Shown: positions 36,081-48,539 of the stretch, piece by piece
Layout: each line of letters opens with the position of its first letter
Numbering within the stretch: position 1 is the first letter of the stretch
Source: Octopus bimaculoides
Lineage: Eukaryota
Length of the DNA stretch: 64,000 bases
Assembly: GCF_001194135.2 (NCBI RefSeq)
Contig: NC_068988.1
Coordinates: 69,618,331-69,682,330 of the forward strand
Direction of reading: 5' to 3'
The notes under the pieces: generated by a model
The model's input: the letters and a program-made list of their open reading frames with translations, nothing else
Database searches by the model: none
What the model was told of the DNA's origin: nothing
Position numbers and translations under genes: made by a program

Positions 36081-36574
36081 CAAACATACATATACCTGCA
36101 TCTACCAAATTCCACAATGAAAGCTATTGGTCAATCCAAACTATAGCAGGAAACTTTTGTGCAAGAAACTGTTTGATGATATCAAACTCAGAAGCTTATT
36201 GGTATTAAATACAATCAATAATGCCTTGAAATGTGGTTTGGTTCCTATAAAAAGAAACATTGTTAATGTTTCCAAAAATTCTCCAGAAAAGTCTTTAGGT
36301 TGAAAATGTATAAAAATTGCATATTTTTTTTAAAAAGGGATATTTAAAAAAAAATTTATTTATTAAAAATTATATTTTAGTGATACTTACTGCCATTATC
36401 TACTACAATCTTTCTATTGCTGGATAAATAGAATTATACTTATATGCACATGGATATATGCATGTTACACACAAACACACACATGCACATTTTCGATAAT
36501 GGATTTGTAGAGTAGATTTTTTTCTCATTTCTGAGTGCTCCTGGAATAATAGTAATGATAATAGTAATGATACA

Positions 36575-38148
36575 GGGATGATTTGAAACTATATGCCAAA
36601 GATGAGACACTAGGGAGTTTCTTGGTGAACATGGTCCACTGTTTTAGTACTGATATTAGAATGGAATTTGGACTCAAGAAGTGTGGAATAATCTACCTAA
36701 AAAGAGGCAAGGTACAAACTCAGGCAGTGACAGAATTACCGAATAGAGACTTGATTAAACAAATTGAAATGGAAGGATACAAATACCTTGGTGTACTAGA
36801 GTTCAATAAAATAATGAAAAAGGAAATGAAAGCGTAACTGAGGATGGAGTACTTCCAAAGACTGAGGTTGGTGTTGCACTCAAAATTGACTGGATGGAAT
36901 AAAATCCAAGCAATTAATATGTGGGGGATAGCATCACATCAGTATGGAGCGAGAATTATGAAATGGCAAAAGATAGAAGTGAAGAAAATGGACACCAGGA
37001 CCAGAAAAATGTACATGGAGCTTTCCAATCTAAGAATGACACTGATAGGCTGTACTTGTCCAGAAGAAAGGATGAGAGAGGTTTGATCAGTTGCCAGGAC
37101 TGCATTGAAGCAGAGAAAAACAGCGTAGGGTAGTATATGAAAAAATGCTGTGGAGCCAATATTTAAAACACATGAAGCAGGTCAGCTTCATCAAAACTGA
37201 AAATTATGTAACAAAGAAAATTTTAAACAAGAAATGAACAAAAAGAAAAAGCATGGCAAGAAAAGAAAATGTATGGTCAGTTTGAAAGAGATGTGAATGC
37301 CAGGACAGATAGAGAGGACCAGTGGCTTTGGATGAGGAGGAGTGACCTGAAAATAGAGACAGAAGCACTCACATGCACAGCTGAAGAACAAACATTAAGG
37401 ACCAACTATATGAACTGCTGAATAGACAACACTACCAATAGTGACAAATGCAGAATGTGTGGTCAGAGGGGTGAAATGGTATGGCACATCATTAGCAAAT
37501 GCCAGAAATTGACACAAAAGCAAATACAAAAGACACCATGACAATGTGACAAGAATGATCCATTGGAAGCTCTGAGGAAATTACAGCCTACAAAGGGCAA
37601 AGACATGGTATGAGGAAACCCCAGAATGAGTCAGCAAAAATGAGAACTGTAAAATCCAGTGGGATGCGATGATCCAGTATGATCACCCAACCAGATATCA
37701 GAAACCTGACGTTGTTGTGAAAAAAAGAAAGAACAGGTATGATAATCGACATTGCATGTCCTGGTGGCAACAGGATCAATGTGAAAGAAGAAGGAAAAAT
37801 AAACAACTATGATGATTAGAAGTGGGAAATACGAAGGTTGTGGTCAATGAAAAGAGTAGACGTGATACCAATAGTAATTGGTGCACTTGGAAGTATCAGC
37901 ACTCACCTACAAGCATGGCTGAAAAAGATTGCTGCAAGAGTGAAGATAAAAGACCAACAAAAATCAGCATTGCTTGGAACTGTAGGAATTCTTTGCAGGG
38001 TTCTTGAAGCATGACCAGTAAACAAGTGTCACCATAGTCTTCTGGCTGTGCACAGCTGACGCTTTCCATCATACCCAGCAAAACAAGCTGAGAGTTTTCA
38101 TATAATGATAATAATATTAATAATAATAATAATAATAATAATAATCAT
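36575..38148 (+). mobile_element. R4/Dong-clade LINE, 5'-truncated (end of RT, thumb, CCHC, RLE, 3' UTR, (AAT)n tail)
   Basis: DDLKLYAK-like start, FSTDIRMEFGLKKC, GYKYLGVLE, KIQAINMWG, CRMCGQRGEMVWHIISKC and RLE motifs. The 3' UTR is nearly identical in layout to 17226-17330, followed by (aat)n at 38103-38148. Confidence 0.92.
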
Positions 38149-38340
38149 GAACGAAAGAAAAGATTAATAGATATGAAAACCTGAGAATTGAGATCACCAA
38201 GATGTGGCAGCTATGAGAAGCAAGCATAGAGGTTGTCCCTGTTGTTATCAGAGCGTTGGGTTCAATACCACCCAACCTGAAAAAAAAAACGCCTGGAAAC
38301 TTTTAAAATGCCCTACAATCTAGGGTATTGCAAAAAATTG
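38149..38340 (+). mobile_element. Short R4-clade 3' fragment of a different subfamily
   Basis: ERKKINRYENLRIEITKMWQL*EASIEVVPVVIRALGSIPPNLKK, inserted directly after the (AAT)n tail. Confidence 0.7.
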
Positions 38341-39872
38341 GCATTTTTATCTATATCGTCGGAAAATTAGATAAAATAGTTACTTTGTTTCAAAGAAAAT
38401 CCGTCCAGGTGTTTTCGAAATATTTTGTCTCTACATCCCCTCTTTCAGTGACTCGTACTTCTGCTTTGAGAAGACCCACGTGACAGACACTCCCTCTTTG
38501 TCTCTTTGGTAATGTAGAATTGTTGCTTCCACTCATACAATTTCTGACCGGAATAAGAACAGTCCCATAATTCCTGAGTTAGCCAGATGATATGTTGCAA
38601 TAGCCTGGCGGTAAGTTTGAATTTTTTTCATCCAAAGCATCTGTTTGCACTATTATATTTTTGGAGTGTTCTGAAAACAAATATATTATGTATATTATAT
38701 TTCTTATTTCAGAAGTAGCTAATTAATCGTAAATTAATTTAACTAAGGTTATTTTTTCGTTTTGTTGAAATTGACCTATAATTTACGCAGAGGCTTACAC
38801 GTGTGTTTTTATATAAGAGCAGCTTTTTCGAAATGATTGAAATGTGTGTAATGAACGATATTTTGAGAAATAGTTTTTCGAAAAGAGACTTCGATAGAAA
38901 ACAATTATAAACAGTAGGAGACCAACACCGAAATTTATCTAATTTGTGAAGCTACAAGAAATTCACGAGACAATTTCAGGTTAATTTGTATGAAAAGAAA
39001 AAATGGCTAACTGAAAGTACTACACGTAATAGATTATTCTGTTGGCCTTGTTTACTTTTTTGCTTAGAAAAGAATGTTTGGAAAGATAAAGGCTATGATG
39101 ATTTAAATAATTTACATATGGCTATGCTGAAGCACGAGCGTTTTCAAAGGCATATTAAATCTTTGATAGATCTTAAAATATTCGGGAATGTTCGCATAGA
39201 TTTACAATTAGATGCATGTAAAAATCAAAGCATGCAACATCCTAATGAGAAAGTTAGACGAAACAGATTCATTCTGCAATGATTGATCGATGTTGTTATT
39301 TTTTAGGCCTTCAGGAATTATCGTTTCAGGGTCATTTTGAATCTGAAGGCTCTAATAATTGTGGAAATTATAAAGAACTCGTATGTTTAATCAGTAGATA
39401 TTACAAAACAATGGAAAGTCATCTAGCTACAGCTTCTATCTTCACCGGTCTGTCCAACAGAATTCAAAATGACTTGATCGATGCAATTCATAAAGTTATG
39501 TTGAATGAGATGCAAAAGGAAATTGAGCAAGCTAAGTTTGTTTCTATTCTTGTTGATGAGACATCTAATGTCTCAGCATATTCACAACTGCCAACAGTTT
39601 TACGTTGAAGACTGTATGACGAAAGAACGATTTATCGGTTTTATTGATGTTAGTGCAGATCGATCTGAAAATGCTTTATCTGAACATGTCTCTAAATGCA
39701 TTGAGACGTGAGATTGTGGAAACAAATTGATTGCACAAACATATGATGGTGCCGCTACAATGGCAGGACAATTAAATGAGTTACAGGTAAAAGTAAGAAA
39801 GAAATATGAATGTGCCATCTTTATTCATTGTTGTGCCCCTATCCTAAATTTAGTTCTTTCACAATCATTCTC

Positions 39873-40233
39873 TATCTCATCCTCCGTTGTATTTGCACGT
39901 GCACATTATAGATTAATCTATTTCTACGATGTGCCCAAGTGGACCAATTTGGTAGGGGTTACGCAAAAGATAATTACTTGTAATGTCCCTCATGTACTGA
40001 TACCATTGAACAACAGCAGATTTTGAAAGACCGACGTTTTAATGGACTCTTTACCATAAACAGGTAGCGTATAATTTATTTACTTTGTGTAAAAAAGTTA
40101 TTTACTTTATTTAGAAAAAACCCTCATACATGTTTTGCGCACTCGCGGTAGGTTGTCGTAATATCGACTAGTCACGACTCGCTAGCGCGGATGCGCGAGT
40201 GTGCACACCGGGACCACTTTTCCTGAATAGTAC
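39873..40233. other. Unclassified ~360-bp insertion inside the hAT ORF
   Basis: The hAT translation stops after LNLVLSQS and resumes at GLGSFFTKSPKR (about 40245). The insert has a CpG-rich inverted repeat gcgcactcgcg / cgcgagtgtgc (about 40137-40204). Confidence 0.6.
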
Positions 40234-41026
40234 CTAACACGGACTGGGTTCATTTTTTACGAAATCACCCAAAAGGGCTAATGCATTAGACAACATTGTT
40301 AAAAAAAGATTTCCGAAAGCAACAGCAACTAGATGAAATTACTCCTCACGTCTTATTATTACCACAAATGAAAATTATAATTTCATAATCAGCCTTTTTG
40401 AACACATCATTGAAAATCCTGAAGCATGGGATGATACCACCATAAATTCAGCAATTGGATTCTTACACACTTTAAAAGCTCCTGATTTCTTATTTTTGCT
40501 AGAAGTATTCAGTGACTTTTTATTCTTTTACCGACGTCTTATTTAGCATTCTCCAGAGTAAAAGTCATGACATAGTGTATTGTAAAGAGCAAATAGATAA
40601 AACTAGAACTGTACTCGAAAACAAACTTGATAATTTTTCAATCTTTTATGATGTGTTAGGGGGAAAATAAGGAGTCGATGCAAGAATCGGAATTCAGAGA
40701 TCCAAAAATATATCTATTGAGTCCCAACGACATTATAGAATGCTTTATAACAAAATTATCAGTACAGCAGTTGACCAAATAAAAGCAAGATATTCATCCC
40801 TAGAAGAGTTTAAATTCATGGAACTTTTGAATTTCGACAAAGTTGAAGAGTATTGCAAACAATTTCCTGTTGACTCTTTAGATTCTTTAAAACCCACTTA
40901 TGGCAGATTTTTTTATGTAATACGATTACAAAGTGAGCTCAATGTGATGTATTCAATGAAAGACTTTAAAAAGCGAAGTGTAAATCATTTAATGAGTCAC
41001 ATTTACAACAGTGATCTTGTTGAAGC

Positions 41027-41825
41027 TGTAGCAAACTCATAAGAGGCAGAAAGAGAACGTAAGTTCGTTTGCCCGAACATGAGAAATTATTGATTTCTCA
41101 TTGGTTAAAAATTACTGCTCATATACGAATTATGAACTTCGTTGAAAAAATCTTTCACGGGGTTACGGTTCTATGATTCGTGTATGAGTAGTTATAAAAA
41201 CCCTGATTTTCGGCAAACTCTCCAGTGATCGTCGGATTGACACTCAAATCCACGACACTCACCCTTTTGAGTATCAGCTAATATATATGCCATATTCAAT
41301 ACTCAAATCCGACAATATTGAATTGTCGTGAAACCTTATAGTCAGAATGAGAAATTAGTTAATATAAAATTTAAGTCGCAATTCTCTACGACGAAATGAT
41401 TTGTTTCTAAATTTCTATAAATGTTAAAAAAAATGTATATAATAAATTAATGTAGAAACTTAATTCCTGTTACTTCTCGTTTCTTTCAACTTGTTGAATT
41501 TATTTCTGTATATTAATGAAACTGTATTGTTTTATGTGTAACGGTCAAAAAAATATAATCTATATCTTCAACATACATGTACGTAATGAACGCACGTTCA
41601 GCGTCTTGGTATGATACATCATAACATTTACGCAGCTTAAACTAAAAGTTATGCTTAGTGATAAATACTTATAATTAAGTTATAAGTGACGAGATTATCA
41701 TTATAGCTTTTAATTAATAAACAATAATATTTGTTATAATTTACAAATGAAAACATTGTAAATAAAGATATAGTATATCTCAAACTTCAACGACCTGTTG
41801 TGATAACAACCACATAAAAAAGTTA
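41027..41825. other. Unclassified ~800-bp insertion inside the hAT ORF
   Basis: The hAT translation stops at SDLVEA and resumes at MPELFNL..QLILTI. The intervening AT-rich sequence has no ORF and no evident TIR. Confidence 0.6.
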
Positions 41826-43318
41826 TGCCAGAACTCTTCAATCTGTGCAGTTGATTTTGACAATTCTGTCTACCACTGCTTCTGTTGAGCGATCCTTTTC
41901 TGAATTAAGTAGAATCAAAACATACCAAAGAAATGTAGGAGAAAGAAGACTGCCTAGGTTGGCACTAATGTCAATTGAAAAAGATTTCTTACAACAATTG
42001 ATGAAAAGAGAAAATTTCTATGAAAATATGATAGATATATTTGCCCAGAAAGATCGAAGAATTGAATTAATTTAGAAATTAGGTAAGTAACATTTTAGAA
42101 CATTAAAAAAAAAAAACTTAATATATTAAAGGGCATATATTGCAGGTTTTGGTTACTGTTAGTTATAACGTAAGGTTCGACCTTTTTACATCAGTATTGT
42201 TTGGCAGGAGAAATGGTTCGATTTCTTCGTCAAACCTAACCTGCATAGGTTTTCCTTTCTGTGCTGCTGGGTGTAGTCTATTTACGGCCGTAAATAAGTG
42301 TCTTTTTTCACTTTCAATAAGTGTCTTGTTTCAGTCTCAGCGATGTTGGCTTCTGCCACAACAGTTTTTTTTGGGGGGGGGGCATTTTACAATGTTGAAT
42401 TTCCGCTGTCTTTCATTATGTGTGTATTCATGTATATGCGTACATTTTCAATGTGTGTGCGTGACACATAGTGTTTTAATACACAGAGTTCAGTAAGTCT
42501 CAGAACAGTCTGCTTGACTATAAATAATTTACCCGGAATTGACAAGTAGCATGATAAGGCACCTGACTTGTTTCGAGAGCATAACGATCTAAAACCATGA
42601 CCATATAATGTAACTAAATATGTTCTCTTAATTAAATCATTTCAAATTGATTCGGCTCAACCAATAGGTATAGGGGCTAATGCAGAATTGCACCTCTTTG
42701 AAAAACGTATTTTCGTGAAAAAAATTTTCGGATTCCTATCTTTAACAGAGATTCCGAATATGCAAACATATTAACAGAATCCAATTTCATCTTTATTCCA
42801 TTTCACTTATGATTTTTTAGACATTTTTAAGGGAGTGTGAGGATGGGAAAGTAGTGACGTTTCGAAGAAAGAGAAGAATACACTTATTTCATGGTCATCT
42901 CTACAGAGCCATTTTTTTATTCCCTGCTTATTTTAGGTCATACGGAGGGGCTTGCATATTCAGAATCTCCCATATGTAAATCGTAGGAATACGAAAAAGT
43001 TTTTACTGAAAAAGTGCCGGGAGGTGGGGGAGAAAGGAATTCGTTGCATGCCCAACTCCGGAAGTCACCGCACGCCACTGATATTTATATATATACATAT
43101 ATATAACTTTGATAGGTTTCGGCCAGTATAGGTCCAGGCCATGCCTTACTCAATATTACCATTTGGTATATATATATATATATATATATACCATCTTCAT
43201 CTTTTGTTTTTTTCTGAATTCTGCCTATATATATGTGTGTGTGTGTGTGTGTTATATATATAGAGAGAGATATACATATATACATACATATATGTGCATA
43301 TATATATACAAGCATATG

Positions 43319-43356
<38 letters not shown>

Positions 43357-43589
43357 TATGCATGTATATATATATATATATATNNNNNNNNNNNNNNNNN
43401 NNNNNNNNNNNNNNNNNNNNNNNNNNNNNNNNNNNNNNNNNNNNNNNNNNNNNNNNNNNNNNNNNNNNNNNNNNNNNNNNNNNNNNNNNNNNNNNNNNAT
43501 GTATATATATATATATATGCATGTATATATATGTATATATATATATATATGCATGTATATATATATATATATATACATGCATATATATA

Positions 43590-43782
43590 TATATGAATAG
43601 ATTGCTGACTACTACACACATTTTATTCTCTCCTTGTTTCTTTCCATGTTCCTTTCTGTAGAAGAGCGTAGGCTCGAAACGTTAAAGACTTTCTCAATTC
43701 CTGAGCATTATACTAATATATCTATTTGTTTTCAACACCACCTGTTTCCGTCTGTTGTTTTTTTTTTTGTGAATTCTCCCTA
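43590..43782 (+). mobile_element. Penelope-type pseudo-LTR fragment carrying a minimal hammerhead
   Basis: Contains the hammerhead-like motif at 43651-43688. Its 3' end (cttttg..ttttt..gaattct.ccta) is partly repeated upstream at about 43190-43226 across a (TA)n tract. Confidence 0.5.
43651..43688 (+). ncRNA. Minimal hammerhead-like motif with a non-canonical core
   Basis: CUUU CUGUAGA A GAGC-GUAG-GCUC GAAAC GUU AAAG: stem I 4 bp, stem II 4 bp, palindromic AACGUU stem III. The core is CUGUAGA instead of CUGANGA. Confidence 0.55.
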
Positions 43783-43794
43783 TATATATGCATA

Positions 43795-43912
43795 TGCCAA
43801 ATCAGATTGGAGCCTGGTGTAGCCATCTGGTTCACTAGTCCTCAGTCAAATCGTTTAACCCATGCTAGCATGGAAAGTGGACGTTAAGCAATGATGATGA
43901 TGATGATGATGA

Positions 43913-43915
<3 letters not shown>
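43795..43915 (+). mobile_element. SINE family C 3' fragment with (GAT)n tail
   Basis: Near-identical to 6001-6115. Confidence 0.8.
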
Positions 43916-43962
<47 letters not shown>

Positions 43963-44563
43963 ATACAGGCACACACACATACATGCATTCATGGGTACAG
44001 GACGTCACTAACAGTAAACAACATGAAATATGCAAACAATGAGAGAAACAAATGGAAAACAGGACAAGTAACATAAAGAACGACCCTACATCCGTATTTA
44101 TATAATATATTGACGAGAAATGCAAATACATATAAATTTCTATACAGCAGGAAATCAGGAAGAGCCCAGAATATAGAAAGGACATAATAGTTCAAATGTA
44201 GTTAGGAGGTTCATAGTGTTTGTGTGACTTAGGTATGTAAGTAGATCAATTGTATCACAAGTAATTGCGCCACAAGGAATTGAGGTGGAGGGAGTGAGTG
44301 GGTAGGGTAAGTATGTTAGTATGTTGCTTTGTGTTATGAGAAACAAAACAAACAAAAATATCATTGAAAGGGAGAGAGAGAGTAAGAGAGAGAGAGAGAG
44401 AGAGAAAGGAAGAGAGAGAGAAGTACATACACACACGCATAATATCTGATATTGAGCTATCTAGGTAGCAACATACATAAATGCAAACACATCCATATAT
44501 GTTTATGCGTATGTGAGTGTGTGTTGTTTGTTTTAGATAAATATTTCTAATGTTAAAATATAT

Positions 44564-44610
<47 letters not shown>

Positions 44611-45885
44611 GATACATTATTATGACATCCATACAGGCATTCAGAATTCTCTGAATATATAAAAAGAGCATGTACTTGCACACTCACTCATACATACACA
44701 TGCACACATATTTAATAAATGTATATGATATAAAAACAACTTGTCACAAAATTTCTTGTAACTTGACTAGCTTTATCCAAATACAAACAGAAATACTTTC
44801 TTCAGAACTTTTCCAAAACAAGATTTTCTATAATCTACTTTAAAATTCCTTTAAAAAATTTTATTTTTGGTGAAGTGGTCATCATATTTCTCAGCATTGT
44901 AATTCAATATTCTGAATTTAGTTTGAAGAAAAGAAAACAGCTGTTTTACTGAATAAATACAAAATTACATTTAAAAATTTTTATAACTTTAAACATATTT
45001 TAGTGACTTTATATAATAAATCACAGATTCAGAGTTTTAGCCTTAATGTCCCAAATTGTTTGAATTTATTTGAGGTATACATAGGTATGCACACAAAAAG
45101 CACAAAGAAATGTACACAAAAACATGTATATATTTAGATACACACATACACACAGAGAGAAAAGACGTGAGAATAAAATAAACACAAACTAGAACCAGAC
45201 ATGCATATGCACTTTCATGTAAACACATGCAGGTATATACAGATGCACACAACTTACAAACATTATCTTCAAATCTTAAATGAAATATCTCAGTAGTATT
45301 GATTCTGAAGTCATATTTCTTAAATCAAGCTCCTAATAAATTTTGTTTCTAATTCAGTGGTCTTGATAATGTTCAGGCTTGTGCTATTTAGCTCATCTGT
45401 GGTTATTTTTAGGAATAAATGAATTTAAGGGATAATTAAAACTAAATGGAATATACTTATCTTTGTTAGTAAAGATAATTTCAGCTAGGCTTTATAAAAT
45501 TTAGAACTAGGATTCAAATATCTGGGTTGATAATGGATAGAGAGCAATACACTGTAGTTAGAGGGAAAATAGAGGTGATATGATAACATGGTGAGGAGAG
45601 AATTTTGAATGGTTGCAAATTGGGAAGGATGTTCTGATGGGTTGAATATGTACATACACACTGGCTGATGTATATCTACATAGGTTTAAGCATATCAGTA
45701 GACATACACTTACATTTGGACAAGTGTATATTTTTGCAAATATACATATGTAAATTAACAGTATAGAGGAAAGAGAACAATCAAGCTGCTAACAACAGCA
45801 GAGAAATATATTTCAAAATTGGATTCCCTTAAATACTTACCCACTTTACCTACGCATATATGTGCAGACATTGACATGTACGCAT

Positions 45886-45931
<46 letters not shown>

Positions 45932-46292
45932 CATACACACATATGCAGAACAAACTCAGATACTTCAAAAAAGATCAAACAACTAAATTCTTTAATGTGG
46001 AAGCAGCTGGTATTCTACAAACACACATGCCATTAACATAGTTTTTTTTATTGAATTAGCTTGACACAATGTGATCAATATGATAAGGTTTGACATTTGA
46101 GTTACAGGTATGAGAGAGAGAGGGAGATAGATAGATAGATAGAGTGAGTGAGAGACAGAAAGAGATAGACAGAGTGTGAGAGAAAGAGAGAGATAGATAG
46201 AGAGAGAAAGAAAGAAAGAGAGTGAGAGAAAGAAAAGTATTGTTCCTTCAGTACTGGACTAACACAGAATTTATCATCCTTAGAGAGCCAGA

Positions 46293-46519
46293 ATGACTCC
46301 TGTTACTGTATTTCTCTTCAAATACACTATCTTTGTCTCAAATAATTTAAAAACTAATGAAGAATTTATTAAAATACCTCTGTCATTTTTAAGCTGGTTT
46401 TGGAACATAAAGTACCATTTAATTGTGATGGAAGTTTTTAATTTAAATTTCTTTAAAATAGAGAATTTGAATTATAATGCTAGGAGTGGTCTCAAGCAGG
46501 TTGATATAAAAAGGGTTAA
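46293..46519. mobile_element. Second TTAA-ended MITE-like element
   Basis: The right end gatataaaaagggttaa has the same AGGG|TTAA end as 4461-4469. The left end atgactcctgttac is degenerate. Confidence 0.35.
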
Positions 46520-46817
46520 ATGTGTAACTTTTTCTACCTGTAAAAGCCTATTTGCTTATATGCATGCTTTGTTATGCTGTAATATGCTGATGAGGTCAAA
46601 CAGACCACCCGCAGTTGTCTCTTGCCTAAGAATTGAAATCAGAATATCCTTTTCCTAAACATATAAAATAACTTCAGAAATTAATTGTTAAATTCTGGAA
46701 ATAATTTCACATTTTCTTTGAGAGTCAAATAATTACCAGGAGGTGTTTCTTCTACAAAATGTGAAATTTCAGTCAATTAAGAACTTAGGGTGCATGGATT
46801 CAATACATTATTTTTAT

Positions 46818-47124
46818 GTGGTTGTGTGGTAAGAACTTTACTTCTCAACCACATAGTTCCAGGTTCAGTTTCACTGTGTGGAACCTTGGGCAAATATATG
46901 TGTGTGTGTGTGTATGTCTGTATTTGTTCCCTTGCCATCACTTGACAATTGATGCTGGTGTGTTTATGACCCCGTAACTTAGTGGTTCTGCAAAAGAGAC
47001 TGATAGACGTACAAGGTTTACATAGAATAAGTCCTGGGGTCGATTTCATCAACTAAAACCATTTAAGGTGGCGCTCCAGCATGGCCACAGTCAAATGATT
47101 GAAACAAGTAAAAAAATAAAAGAA
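46818..47124 (+). mobile_element. SINE family A copy with internal deletion
   Basis: gtggttgtgtggtaag, caggttcagtttc, ccttgggcaa, (TG)n, and tail ggtggcgctccagcatggccacagtcaaatgattgaaacaagtaaaa. Confidence 0.85.
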
Positions 47125-47166
47125 TGTTTGCATGTTATCCATGTGTACGTGTGTGTATTAATGTGC

Positions 47167-47217
<51 letters not shown>

Positions 47218-47428
47218 TTAAATGAGAGTTTTGCCGCTAATATTATTGAAGTTTATTACCTATGTCAACATTTCTGTATAAGGTTATATTTAACTATTAC
47301 CTTACACATCCTCATCCATAAGGAGTCTACTATAGACCTTTGGGGAGAAATTTTTGCTATTTTGGTAACGATTACATGTTTATCTCACCAATACATTGTG
47401 GAGATATCATTATATGAACACACACATT

Positions 47429-47464
<36 letters not shown>

Positions 47465-47497
47465 CATACATATATATATATATAGAGAGAGAGAGAG

Positions 47498-47646
47498 AGG
47501 CACAGATGCTTGCTTCCCTACCACATGGCTCCAGGTTCAGTCTCACTGTGTAGCACCTTGGACAAGTATTTTCTACGATAGCCTTGGGCTGACCAAAGCC
47601 TTCTGAGTGGATTTGATAGAATCAGACTGAAAGAAGCCTGTCGTAA
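47498..47646 (+). mobile_element. SINE family A head and body
   Basis: ccacatggctccaggttcagtctc...ccttggacaagt...ctgaaagaagcctgtcgta. Confidence 0.8.
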
Positions 47647-47745
47647 ATATATCTGGTCTTGCGTCCATTAGAATTGTATCATTCTTAATGAGCTAAGGCC
47701 AGAATCCAGGCAATGTACACCATTCTAATTCATGATCAATCAAAG

Positions 47746-48136
47746 CTTTTTACATAAAAACACAATGGCGTCAAATAATGAGCTTGCATGTGTTTGTGCT
47801 GCATTAATTCTCACTATGATCAAGTTACAGTCGCTGCTGATAAAATCACTATGATCTTAAAAGCAGCAGATGTATCAGTTGAACCTTATTGGCCATCTCT
47901 GTTCGCTCATGCTTTGGATGATGTGGACATCAAAGTAATAATTTCCAATGTAAGCAGTATGGCAGCTGCATCTGCTGGTGATGTAGCTGCTGTCCCTACC
48001 AAAGAAGAAAAGAAAGAGATGAAAGAAGAATCGGAGGAGTCAAATGATGACACGGGCTTTGGTTAGTTTGACTGAGGAGCTTCACAAGAGATTAATGTGG
48101 TGTAAATAAATGCTCTGCTTAATCAAGAAAAAAAAA
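47746..48136 (+). pseudogene. RPLP1: Processed pseudogene of 60S acidic ribosomal protein P1
   Basis: ATG at 47765 gives MASNNELACVCAALIL. After a 1-nt deletion near 47813 it reads DQVTVAADKITMILKAADVSVEPYWPSLFAHAL..KEESEESNDDTGFG*FD*, with a premature TAG at 48064 and the natural TGA at 48073-48075. It is intronless, with AATAAA at 48105-48110 and an A9 run at 48128-48136. Confidence 0.93.
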
Positions 48137-48508
48137 GGTGCAGGAGTGGCTGTGTGGTAAGAAGCTTGCTTCCAACAACATAGTTCTGGGTTCAGTCTCA
48201 CTGAGTGCATCTGAGTGCCTCAGGCCAACTAAAGCCTTGTGAGTGGATTTGGAAGACTGAAACTGAAAGAAGCCCGTCGTATATATATATATGTGTGTGT
48301 GTGTGTTTGTCCTCCCCACCATCGCTTGACATCTGATGTTGGCATGTTTGCGTACGTTTGCATACCTGTAACTTAGTGGTTTTGCAAAAGAGACCGATAG
48401 AATAAATACTAGGCTTACAAAGAATAAGTCTTGGGATTGATTTGTTCAACTAAAGGTGGTGTTCCAACATGACTACAGTCAAATGACTGAAACAAGTAAA
48501 AGAAATTT

Positions 48509-48539
<31 letters not shown>

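Larger units (their letters stand above)
38450..43080 (+). mobile_element. Decayed hAT transposon (ZMYM1/DUF4371-like transposase) with two nested insertions
   Basis: TTF-type zinc finger WL..RLFCWPCLLF, LSFQGH..SNNCGNYKEL, first Asp FVSILVDETS, QTYDGAATMAG, FIHCCAPILNL, FPKATATR*N and C-terminal STTASVERSFSELSRIKTYQR. A right TIR with hAT-like end caccgcacgccactg lies at 43066-43080. No intact left TIR was found, so the left boundary is approximate. Confidence 0.88.

Noticed and set aside
38446-38465. Left TIR of the hAT (cagtgactcgtacttc)
   Set aside because: Only the first 5 nt match the right TIR, and no 8-bp TSD matches atatttat.
43105-43160. Third hammerhead on the minus strand (ggcc..ggcc gaaac)
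   Set aside because: Stem II and GAAAC are present, but no CUGANGA core can be found upstream.
44050-44095. Hammerhead core remnant (ccctacatccg resembling the reverse of ctgatgaaggg)
   Set aside because: The core is mutated, and the GAAA half and stems are missing.
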